The notes below the pieces were generated by a model. That model worked only from the letters and a program-made list of their open reading frames with translations. It had not been told where the DNA came from and searched no databases. DNA of 64,000 nt from a virus (taxonomy: Duplodnaviria > Heunggongvirae > Uroviricota > Caudoviricetes), in the IMG/VR virus record IMGVR_UViG_3300032322_001781, one strand, 5' to 3'. Positions 1 to 8,572 of the stretch are shown piece by piece (within the stretch, counting starts at the first letter, position 1; each line of letters begins with the position of its first letter). Made by a program: the position numbers and the translations under genes.

Positions 1-1404
1 ACTTTAGCGGCCGCAATTGAAGCATCTCAAAATGAGACATTCACAACATTTAGTAATTTTAGAGATAATGCCATATTAATTGGTATTTTATCTGTCAATA
101 AAAATGCGACCAATTTATCTAATACAACACAAGCAAGATTCTTACTTACATCAAAGTTTGGAGAGACGGTAGGTGCTGCGGGAGGTATATCAACAACAAA
201 TCTCCAACAGGCTTATAACAACTCAGCAACACCTGAAATAATAACAAATTCAACAGAAGGAGCCTTATCAATTCAAAATGGGACGGGTGCCGCAGATAAT
301 GTGACAAATTTATTTGAGGGTAGAAATACCGCAACATCACTCACATCATTTATAAGAGCCGATGGAAGTTTTAGTGGTTCTAGTTTATTTGCTCCAACTC
401 ATTCAGGTACTACTTTCTTATCCATAGGAACATATGGTTCTGTAGCAATGAATGCAAGTAGTAATCCTAGTATGTTGGTGTTTAGTGGTAGCAACACTGT
501 TGGTGGTACTGGTTATACAGATTTTATAAGAGTTACCAACACAGCGGTTGGTGCAACAAATCCAACTAAAACAATCCGTGTTAATAATACGGGTGGTTTA
601 GAACTTATTAATAGTGCATATAATTCACAATTAATTTCAATAACTGATAATGGTATTATTGGTGTTGGGTTAGCATCAACATCATCAAGTGATGGAACGT
701 CATATTATTTATCATTTAACAACAACAACTCGCAAATCTATGATGACGGTAACTTCCATATTCATAGTAGAGGTGCTGGTCAAGCTATGTGGATTAATAC
801 CAACGGTGGTCAATTAAACTTATTGACACAATCACCCACATCTAGCGGTGGTATTGGTTCTGGTATCGCCATAGCGACTGGAACATTAAATGGTTATGTA
901 ACGATTAATACGGGTAGAACAGTTACAACGGCTGCTGCTTACGGTTATTTGACTACTGGTGGTGCTGGTACGTATCCTGGTGGGTCTCAATCTGTTTCTA
1001 TTTCATTATACGCCAACAACCGTATTTGGGGACAAGAAATTGACGCATTTTCTGATGAGAGAATGAAAGATATAGAAGGTGAGATTAAAGTTGACGAAGG
1101 TCTTAAATTGGTTAAGTCATTAAAACCAATAAAGTATAAATGGAAAGATGGTGATGACAAAGGATTAAAGGCTGGTTATTCTGCTCAACAAGTAATCAAA
1201 TCAGGTTTTGACCATCTTATCGGGGTTATACCTAAAGAAGGTCTTGACGAAACTGTTGATGAGGATGGGTTTACTAGTCCGAAAGATACTCAGTTTTCTA
1301 TGAATTATGACCAAGTAGTACCTTATCATGGCGTTGTTATAAAGCATTTGCTAGAAAAGATTGATGAGTTGGAAAAACAAATACAAGAACTAAAAAACAT
1401 GTAA
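1..1404 (+). CDS. Tail fibre/spike with C-terminal intramolecular chaperone (Peptidase_S74-like); 5' end truncated by the window
   Basis: Frame is open from base 1, upstream of the listed GTG at 301. G/S/T/N-rich body; C-terminal SDERMKDIE...LKPIKYKWK...GYSAQQV...MNYDQVVP followed by a coiled coil. Confidence 0.85.
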   Translation, partial: TLAAAIEASQNETFTTFSNFRDNAILIGILSVNKNATNLSNTTQARFLLTSKFGETVGAAGGISTTNLQQAYNNSATPEIITNSTEGALSIQNGTGAADNVTNLFEGRNTATSLTSFIRADGSFSGSSLFAPTHSGTTFLSIGTYGSVAMNASSNPSMLVFSGSNTVGGTGYTDFIRVTNTAVGATNPTKTIRVNNTGGLELINSAYNSQLISITDNGIIGVGLASTSSSDGTSYYLSFNNNNSQIYDDGNFHIHSRGAGQAMWINTNGGQLNLLTQSPTSSGGIGSGIAIATGTLNGYVTINTGRTVTTAAAYGYLTTGGAGTYPGGSQSVSISLYANNRIWGQEIDAFSDERMKDIEGEIKVDEGLKLVKSLKPIKYKWKDGDDKGLKAGYSAQQVIKSGFDHLIGVIPKEGLDETVDEDGFTSPKDTQFSMNYDQVVPYHGVVIKHLLEKIDELEKQIQELKNM

Positions 1405-1405
1405 C

Positions 1406-1414
1406 ATATTTATA
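1406..1414 (+). promoter_or_regulatory. Recurrent phage upstream motif ATATTTATA (putative late promoter)
   Basis: Ends 13 nt before ATG 1428; the same motif precedes many structural genes. Confidence 0.6.
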
Positions 1415-1427
1415 ATAATAAAATCAA

Positions 1428-3317
1428 ATGGGGAACATAAAAAATTTTAATTTCAACAAGCTAGACCTTAGACTTTCCAATAGTGAATATTGGGATTTGT
1501 TTTTAGCGGTAGATGATAGTTCTTTACAACCAGTTGGTCCAGTATCGTCTGGGGATTGTCTTGTTGTTTGGTATGATTTTAACGATGTTTCTATTTACCC
1601 TAACAGCGCAACCACAGCTTCAACAATTTATAGTCTTGTTACTTGGGATGGAGCTGTAAACACTGGTTATACTTTTAACACAATAGGTTTAACTGGCATT
1701 GATAACGGATTGGTTACTTTTGACAAAGACCCATTGGACCCATCAAATCAAAATTTAGTAGATGCTTTAACTGGTTCAACACTAATCATTCCTTCAGGTG
1801 ATACTAGGTTTATGATGCATTTGGTTACTGGAACAACGGAACAATATGTTTACCCAACCGAAAGAATCATAGACCCAACATTTACAATTGGTAATTACAC
1901 TCAGTTTTGTGGTGGTTTCTATCAAGGTTATTATAAAATTGATGGAAGCACTTATCAAATATTACCAACTAGAATAAATCAAGCATGGGCTGCTGAATTT
2001 TGGTTAAACCCACAAGATATTTGTGCACCAACAACTGGAACAACTGGAACAACTTTAAATGACGTTTATCCAAATAATAAAGGATTTTTCTTTTATATGG
2101 GTACACGTGCCGAAAATAAATTTTGGAATCAGTTTTATGGTAATGATACTGGTTGTACTAGTGGTTGCACTGTTAATACTGGTGATACTAGTTGTAGTGG
2201 ATTTACTGGAAGTGTAAGTACTTTTTGTACAGTACCAAAGGAAAATGACATTACAATAATTGGTGATTATGGTTTTGGTATTCCTTTGAACCCACCTCAA
2301 GTTGAAATTGAGCTTGTAACCAATCCATTTTTGATTTATGGTAGAGCTTATGATGCTAGGGCCAATAAAATAAGTGGCCAAACAGACACAATTATTATGT
2401 CAGCAATAAACAACACTTCAAACGCTAATATTGATGATTGTGGTTGCGGACCAAATATTTATGGTGTTTTGGTAAATAGTGGTGGTGGATGTAAATTAAC
2501 TAGTACTGATGGTTTGGGTACTCAAACTGTTTGTTCATATAGTGGTGGTGGAATAGCCGTTGCCAAATCTAAAGAAGTTATAACAGATTTTCAAAACCCA
2601 TTTTTAATTTATGGTAGAGCTATAGGTTCTAACAATGGTTGTACATGTTCATATTGTAGTGGTAGTGGTGATGGATTGGGAAATCAAACTGTTTGCAGTT
2701 ATAGCGGAAAAACATCACCACAAACTGAAATAGATTACAATATAGATATAATAGATAATGCTATTGGTTTTAGAATAAAGGATGATGGCAGCATTGGTTA
2801 TAGGCTGTTGACGGTAACTGGCACATGTTATACAGCTTCTACTGGACAGAGGCTTTATACTAGTGGTGTAACGGTTCAAGAAGGTTATTCTCAATCTGGA
2901 ATGGTTGCTTCAGATTCATGGTCTTATATAGCAATACGATACATGACTGATTATAAAAGTGATTGTGATTTAAAGATTACAAAAAGAAGAACTGGAAAAC
3001 TAATGTTTTATGTTAATGCTAAGCTTAAATATGTTGTAAACAATTTCCCAGAATTTATAGCTAAAAGACTTGACGAATATAAAGCAAAACAAGTCGGGGT
3101 GCCTTTTAATTTTAGTTTGGGTGGTGGAAGCCAAGGTTTAATAGATAGTCAGACATTTGATGGTTTGGACCAAGCAGATAGAGGATTACCAATAGAAGAA
3201 AATTTTGCTGGTAGTTTTATTGGGGGAATTTCTCAGTTTAAATTTAATATATGTGATTTAAGTTTTAATGAGATAACTTATAATTATAAAAATAATTTAA
3301 CTAGATATGATATTTAA
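1428..3317 (+). CDS. Virion structural protein with LamG/concanavalin A-like C-terminal fold, Cys-rich
   Basis: WAAEFWLNP, WSYIAIRY, LMFYVNAKL, FSLGGGSQG, FIGGISQFKF...LSFNEITYNY LamG-type pattern; fibre gene neighbourhood. Confidence 0.6.
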   Translation: MGNIKNFNFNKLDLRLSNSEYWDLFLAVDDSSLQPVGPVSSGDCLVVWYDFNDVSIYPNSATTASTIYSLVTWDGAVNTGYTFNTIGLTGIDNGLVTFDKDPLDPSNQNLVDALTGSTLIIPSGDTRFMMHLVTGTTEQYVYPTERIIDPTFTIGNYTQFCGGFYQGYYKIDGSTYQILPTRINQAWAAEFWLNPQDICAPTTGTTGTTLNDVYPNNKGFFFYMGTRAENKFWNQFYGNDTGCTSGCTVNTGDTSCSGFTGSVSTFCTVPKENDITIIGDYGFGIPLNPPQVEIELVTNPFLIYGRAYDARANKISGQTDTIIMSAINNTSNANIDDCGCGPNIYGVLVNSGGGCKLTSTDGLGTQTVCSYSGGGIAVAKSKEVITDFQNPFLIYGRAIGSNNGCTCSYCSGSGDGLGNQTVCSYSGKTSPQTEIDYNIDIIDNAIGFRIKDDGSIGYRLLTVTGTCYTASTGQRLYTSGVTVQEGYSQSGMVASDSWSYIAIRYMTDYKSDCDLKITKRRTGKLMFYVNAKLKYVVNNFPEFIAKRLDEYKAKQVGVPFNFSLGGGSQGLIDSQTFDGLDQADRGLPIEENFAGSFIGGISQFKFNICDLSFNEITYNYKNNLTRYDI

Positions 3318-3328
3318 TAAATAAAAAT

Positions 3329-4285
3329 ATGTCAGTAAATTTAACATTAAGAACACTAACTAGCCCTTATAATGACACTACAAAAGGTAGTGTTTTGTCT
3401 CAAGCTGAACTTGATAATAATTTTATTGGTCTAAAGGGTGAAGTTATATATTCGGCTCAAACATCTGGTAATAATGTAACGCTTAAAAAATATAACGGAA
3501 ACGACATTAATTTTAACCTTGCTTCTTTTACTGATGTTTTTGTAACTGGAGGTACTTATAGTAGCGGTACAGCTATATTTACAAACAATACAGGGGGTAC
3601 ATTCAGCGTTAGTGGATTTAGTACTGGTTCTGGTTCTGATATATTTGTTACAGGAGCAACTTATAATAATGCAAATCAATTTACATTCACCAATAACACT
3701 GGTGGCACATTCAGCGTAAGTTTTAATCAAGTATCTGGCTTTACAGTTAATGGTAATCTAGTTGTTACTGGTGATACAAGTCTTCAAGCATTCTCAGCCA
3801 CAACTGGTTATTTATATTCTTCTGGTACAACAATCCTTCAAGTTGATGGCAATCAAGGAACCATTATGAATGTTGGAAACGATACTTCTGGTTTGATTTA
3901 TAACATAAATACGCCAAGCGGATTCCCAATCTTTGACGTATATGACGATTCAACAATATTGATGGGTAGTTATTTGGCTCCTAGCTTGAATACAACAGCA
4001 AAGATAACAGCAACTGGTACCACATCAATTTATGCCATTCCAACATCTGGTTATACTGGAGCATTCTTTGATTATATCATATCTGATGGAACCAATCTAC
4101 GAGCTGGAAACATTATGGCAATATGGAATGGTGTATCAATAAACTTTACTGAAATAACAACAAATTCAATAGGTAATACATCAGCGGTTACATTTAGTGT
4201 TATATTAAGTGGTGGTAATGCAGTATTACAATTAACAAGTGCTAGTGGTACTTGGATAAATAAAACAATAGTAAGAGCAATATAA
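3329..4285 (+). CDS. Tail fibre-associated protein with TGGTY/TNNTGGTF repeats
   Basis: N-terminal LR...KGSVLSQAELDNNF fibre-attachment-like motif; repeats shared with ORFs 5228 and 18619. Confidence 0.6.
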   Translation: MSVNLTLRTLTSPYNDTTKGSVLSQAELDNNFIGLKGEVIYSAQTSGNNVTLKKYNGNDINFNLASFTDVFVTGGTYSSGTAIFTNNTGGTFSVSGFSTGSGSDIFVTGATYNNANQFTFTNNTGGTFSVSFNQVSGFTVNGNLVVTGDTSLQAFSATTGYLYSSGTTILQVDGNQGTIMNVGNDTSGLIYNINTPSGFPIFDVYDDSTILMGSYLAPSLNTTAKITATGTTSIYAIPTSGYTGAFFDYIISDGTNLRAGNIMAIWNGVSINFTEITTNSIGNTSAVTFSVILSGGNAVLQLTSASGTWINKTIVRAI

Positions 4286-4286
4286 A

Positions 4287-4991
4287 ATGATACAAATTAA
4301 TCCGAGAACATCCAATAATGGTCTTATATATTATTTAGATGCAGCAATTCCAGCAAGTTATTCTGGAAGTGGTGTAACTGTAAGAGATTTAAGCATTCAA
4401 CAAAAATTACCAACAACTTTAATTAATGGTGCCACAGGCACAACAATTAATAACGTTAAAGTATTTAGCTTTGATGGTATTGATGATTATGCTGAAGCAA
4501 ATGCAACAGATGTATTTACTGTAATTCCATCTAATTTTACATTTGAATGTTGGATGGGTTTTGATAGAACAACCAGAGGTGCATTGATAGGATTTGTTGG
4601 TGGTGTCGGAGGAACTGTTAATAGAGTTCACTTAGAAGTAAGAGGACCATTAGATAGAATTATATCAAGAACAACTGATGGTACAACCTCATTTTTAACA
4701 GAATGGGATTTTTTCAATACAACTGATTATCCAAATTATTTTAATCAAATTTTAATGACTTGTGAAGTTGGTTTTGTTAAAATTTATGTAAACGGACAGT
4801 TAGTTCAATCAAACCCATCAACTGTAGTTAATAGTCTAATACCAACATCATTACGTTTTAGTAGAGCTGGTAATACAACTGGCAGTTTTCTTAAATCTGA
4901 TATTAGTATAATTAAAATTTATGATAGAACTTTATCAAGTGGTGAGATTTTGCAAAACTATAATAATTTAAAAACAAGATTTGGATTATAA
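4287..4991 (+). CDS. LamG-like (concanavalin A/glucanase) domain protein
   Basis: GLIYYLDAA..SYSGSG..DLS, FSFDGIDDY, FTFECW, KIYVNG, ISIIKIYDRTLSSGEILQNYN. Confidence 0.85.
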   Translation: MIQINPRTSNNGLIYYLDAAIPASYSGSGVTVRDLSIQQKLPTTLINGATGTTINNVKVFSFDGIDDYAEANATDVFTVIPSNFTFECWMGFDRTTRGALIGFVGGVGGTVNRVHLEVRGPLDRIISRTTDGTTSFLTEWDFFNTTDYPNYFNQILMTCEVGFVKIYVNGQLVQSNPSTVVNSLIPTSLRFSRAGNTTGSFLKSDISIIKIYDRTLSSGEILQNYNNLKTRFGL

Positions 4992-5227
4992 TGAAAAAAT
5001 ATATAATATTCCCATATGTGGATATAAATGAAGTTGAATTTAATTATATTCTAGAGACAGATATTTCTACTTTGCGTACAAGCAATGATGGTTTATTGAC
5101 TATTGTAAAATGGATTGATGAAACTGGGTCATATGTTCCAGATTTTGTTAGTAAGTTATCTCAAGTAGATGGACCATATTCAGAAGAAGAGATATTAGAT
5201 ATAATGCAAACAAATATTTGGATATAA
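4991..5227 (+). CDS. Small phage protein (LamG/fibre companion)
   Basis: 78 aa, coupled to the previous gene (TAATG overlap); LRTSNDG..TIVKW...GPYSEEEIL. Confidence 0.6.
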   Translation: MKKYIIFPYVDINEVEFNYILETDISTLRTSNDGLLTIVKWIDETGSYVPDFVSKLSQVDGPYSEEEILDIMQTNIWI

Positions 5228-7792
5228 ATGAATGAATTAAATATAAAAAATGGTTTAATAGTTGATGGCGGTATTACTGCTACAACAATATATGCAACCA
5301 CTTATGAGGATTTACCAACAGATATTAGAGTAACTGGTGGAACTTATAGTAGTGGTACCGCTATATTTACTAATAACACAGGTGGTACATTTAATGTTAG
5401 TGGGTTTAGTACAAATTTAAAAACTATAACAAAATCCGTTGCTGACCAAAGCATATCAGCTAATACATTAGTTGAAGGAGCTTTTTATAAGATAACTGGT
5501 TGTGCAACTAGTTTGTACGGTGGAACCGACATTATTCTTCAAGCAGTTTCAACTAGTGCTTTTACACAAAACGGAACTGGTATTTTTTATAATCCAAAAT
5601 ATAACACATATGATATTTGGTCTAATTTAATTGATATTACTGGTTCAGATTCGTTAACTTCTGATTATGATGTTAGTGAAAATATAACTGGTAATGGAGG
5701 ACGAACTGGTGTTTTAATTGGGTTACCTTATGTTAATAACCTATATGTTGTAAGTGGTATAACTGGGAATTGGTCTTCGGTCACATCTTTTAGTTCTAAT
5801 TCAACTAACAATGTGGTTAATGTTGGTGGTATTACCGCTTCCACATATTCTGCTGGAACAAAAGTAATTTGGGGTGGTAAAGTTTGGGTGAATTTGACTG
5901 GTTCTGCTGGAACATCAGTCGATATTTTTACATTAGATAATATTAATTGGAGTGGGGTTTCTTATAATAAAAACGATTATAATATCGTTTACGATTATAT
6001 AGAATATGAATACATATATGACAATATTTCATATAGAAAAGATTTTGTTGGTTTAAATGAGGTTAGTTCACCTTTTGGGGCAATGACGGGCTTTAATTGG
6101 ACTTATAACGCTATTAAATGTTTTCCATTTGGTAGCGAAACGGTTTCGTCATCAAAATTTAATACATGTCGTTTAAAAAATTTAATAAATTTCAATGGTG
6201 ATACTATGTTTAACATTAATGCTGAAGTAGCCTCTACCTTTGATTTTTCTTATTGGGGTAGAAATTCACTTTTTATTGATATTAACATTGGTAATTTTAC
6301 TATTATAACAAATTGTATAAATGGTGACAATAGAGCCTTTACTAATATAACAACAAAAGAAGCTAAAATAGAAAATGTAGTTAGTTCTCACTTATTAAGT
6401 GGTGGAATAGGTCTTGCTATTGTTGAAATGGGTGTTGGTACGGACCCATTAACTGAATACGGCCCTTCGCTTACAAATATAACCATTAACGGAAGCAATA
6501 GTAGCCTTAATAATATAAAGATTGGTTTGGGTTCGACTGGAGGTCCAATTGGTTTGGATTTAGTAAACTTGGTTGATTCTAATTTTTATCGTATCGATGT
6601 TGGTACGGGTGCCCTTATATCAAATGTTAATCTTAAAGATTCAGATGTTTATCAGATATCTATGGGGGATGGTTCTAACATTAGTAATTTTACAGCAGAT
6701 AATTGTGAAATTAACTCATTAAATCTAGGTACAAATACATATTTAAATCAAATTACATTAACTGATAGCACTTTCGTTAATGTTAAATTAGAAGGTGCTG
6801 ATAATAGTAATACGGGTTTGGCTCCTAGTTATATATCAAATTTAAACATGATACAAGCTGAAATATATAATGTAAATATTGGTTTGTCATCTTACATTGC
6901 CAACGTTCTTAACATTAACGATGTAGGGCCAACTACTATTAGAAATATAAATTTAGGTATTGAATCTCATATTAGCGATATTACTTTCAATCAAACTGAC
7001 CATACTTTTGGAAATATAACATTAGGAAATTTTGCAAATATAGAAGAAGTTTTTATTTATCACAATGCTTCATTTGTAAATGTTATATTAGACGATGTTT
7101 GTATTATTGATAACATAATAGTAGGTGAAGATAGTGATTTTACTTTTATTAATGTCGGAAGCCAATCTCAAATTACTGATGTTCAAATTGGCGTAGATAG
7201 TGATTTTAGGAACATAAATATGTTACAAGAAAGTGGAATACAGAATATTTTAATTGGTACTGCTTCTACTTTTGGTTATCTTGATATGAGCATGGCTTCT
7301 TTTTTTACTAATTCTTCAGTTTCAGATAATTCCAGTATTAGTGATATAACTATAGGTGAATTTTTAGGTATAGATGGTCTAACATCAAGTGTTCAAGATT
7401 ACGGATATGCTATAGTAGAAAAAGGAAACAATACTTTGGAAGTAGAATTAGATATAACTGGTTTATCAAATATTGATTTATCAAGTGTTTTTTATGCTGG
7501 TAAAATACAACTAATTTCATCAAATGCTAGTGAAACAATTACTGATATTACTTATTCCAACACTTATCCTCAAGGGGATTTATACCCAGTTACTTTTTAC
7601 CCATCATCTGGATTGAGTGTTACGTTTAACGGTACTAGCGTTGGTTCTATGACATTCCCAACAACACAAATAGCAATGACAAGTGCTTCATTTACTGCTA
7701 GCGGTGATACTTTTGATTCTTTTACCGTTCAAAAGGCATCAAATTCTGGAAACTCATACATAAAAGAAATAGATAGAAAAACTTATTTATAA
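5228..7792 (+). CDS. Tail fibre/receptor-binding protein with beta-solenoid region
   Basis: N-terminal TGGTY repeat; CBM5/12-like YSAGTKVIWGGKVW; about 11-residue periodic I/V/N/D repeats in the C-terminal half. Confidence 0.6.
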   Translation: MNELNIKNGLIVDGGITATTIYATTYEDLPTDIRVTGGTYSSGTAIFTNNTGGTFNVSGFSTNLKTITKSVADQSISANTLVEGAFYKITGCATSLYGGTDIILQAVSTSAFTQNGTGIFYNPKYNTYDIWSNLIDITGSDSLTSDYDVSENITGNGGRTGVLIGLPYVNNLYVVSGITGNWSSVTSFSSNSTNNVVNVGGITASTYSAGTKVIWGGKVWVNLTGSAGTSVDIFTLDNINWSGVSYNKNDYNIVYDYIEYEYIYDNISYRKDFVGLNEVSSPFGAMTGFNWTYNAIKCFPFGSETVSSSKFNTCRLKNLINFNGDTMFNINAEVASTFDFSYWGRNSLFIDINIGNFTIITNCINGDNRAFTNITTKEAKIENVVSSHLLSGGIGLAIVEMGVGTDPLTEYGPSLTNITINGSNSSLNNIKIGLGSTGGPIGLDLVNLVDSNFYRIDVGTGALISNVNLKDSDVYQISMGDGSNISNFTADNCEINSLNLGTNTYLNQITLTDSTFVNVKLEGADNSNTGLAPSYISNLNMIQAEIYNVNIGLSSYIANVLNINDVGPTTIRNINLGIESHISDITFNQTDHTFGNITLGNFANIEEVFIYHNASFVNVILDDVCIIDNIIVGEDSDFTFINVGSQSQITDVQIGVDSDFRNINMLQESGIQNILIGTASTFGYLDMSMASFFTNSSVSDNSSISDITIGEFLGIDGLTSSVQDYGYAIVEKGNNTLEVELDITGLSNIDLSSVFYAGKIQLISSNASETITDITYSNTYPQGDLYPVTFYPSSGLSVTFNGTSVGSMTFPTTQIAMTSASFTASGDTFDSFTVQKASNSGNSYIKEIDRKTYL

Positions 7793-7794
7793 TC

Positions 7795-8073
7795 ATGATA
7801 CGATTTAAAAGATTTACCCCAATTATTCAATCTAAAAAAACTATTAAGATTGACTTACCAGCCGAATTTTCAAAAGAAATACCAGCTAAACAAATAAAAA
7901 TAAATAAACTAGAAATTTTTAGTGTTATTGACGAGCCTAGTAATAAAAAAGTAACCGCTTTACTTAAACATTTTGGTAAAATAACTCTTTGGGAAGGGGA
8001 TGCTTATGATGAAATAGGGCAGTGGACTGACGATGATGTAAAACAAAGATTAATCGAAATTTATTCAAATTAA
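7795..8073 (+). CDS. Putative fibre chaperone/tip protein (paralogue of 21132..21386)
   Basis: TLWEGDAYDEIGQWT motif shared with ORF 21132; both directly follow a fibre gene. Confidence 0.55.
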   Translation: MIRFKRFTPIIQSKKTIKIDLPAEFSKEIPAKQIKINKLEIFSVIDEPSNKKVTALLKHFGKITLWEGDAYDEIGQWTDDDVKQRLIEIYSN

Positions 8074-8074
8074 A

Positions 8075-8449
8075 ATGGAATTCTTTATAAATAAAAATGC
8101 TACTTTACCAATATTAAAATTGGAACTCATTCGTGATGGGCGTAATGATTTCAGAAAGTTTTTTGATATGATTCAAAACGCCAATATATATTTTACAATG
8201 ACAGATGTTGTTACTGGTGTTAAAAGAATAGCAAAAAAAGAAACTGGTGTTCAATTGGTTGAGCCTTATAGCGGTTGTGTTGGTGAAGAGTATTATATAA
8301 TTTATCAATTTACCTCTAGAGATACAGCTGTTGCTGGTAGATATGTTGGGCAATTTACTATTGAGTTTTTAGATGGTTCTGGTACTTTGTTAGCTCCGAT
8401 AAGAGAGGAGTTATTTATAAACGTATTAGATGGTAGTATAAAAAAATAA
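8075..8449 (+). CDS. BppU-like Ig-fold baseplate/fibre attachment protein
   Basis: FFINKNATLPILKLEL, ANIYFTM, YQFTSRDTAVAGRYVGQFTIEF. Confidence 0.55.
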   Translation: MEFFINKNATLPILKLELIRDGRNDFRKFFDMIQNANIYFTMTDVVTGVKRIAKKETGVQLVEPYSGCVGEEYYIIYQFTSRDTAVAGRYVGQFTIEFLDGSGTLLAPIREELFINVLDGSIKK

Positions 8450-8458
8450 CCTAGTTAC

Positions 8459-8489
8459 TTGCAAATATCAAATTAATTTGGTAACTTTG
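8459..8489 (+). promoter_or_regulatory. Bacteroidota-type sigma70 promoter P1 of the DNA polymerase
   Basis: TTG(8459-8461)-N20-TAACTTTG(8482-8489) matches the -33/-7 consensus. Confidence 0.6.
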
Positions 8490-8526
8490 TATATTACAAA
8501 GTTAAAAAATTTATTTTAGCTTTTTC

Positions 8527-8557
8527 TTGTTGTTTAAAAAAAACATTCGTATTTTTG
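8527..8557 (+). promoter_or_regulatory. Bacteroidota-type sigma70 promoter P2 of the DNA polymerase
   Basis: TTG(8527-8529)-N20-TATTTTTG(8550-8557), just upstream of ATG 8573. Confidence 0.55.
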
Positions 8558-8572
8558 TAATAAATTTTACAA

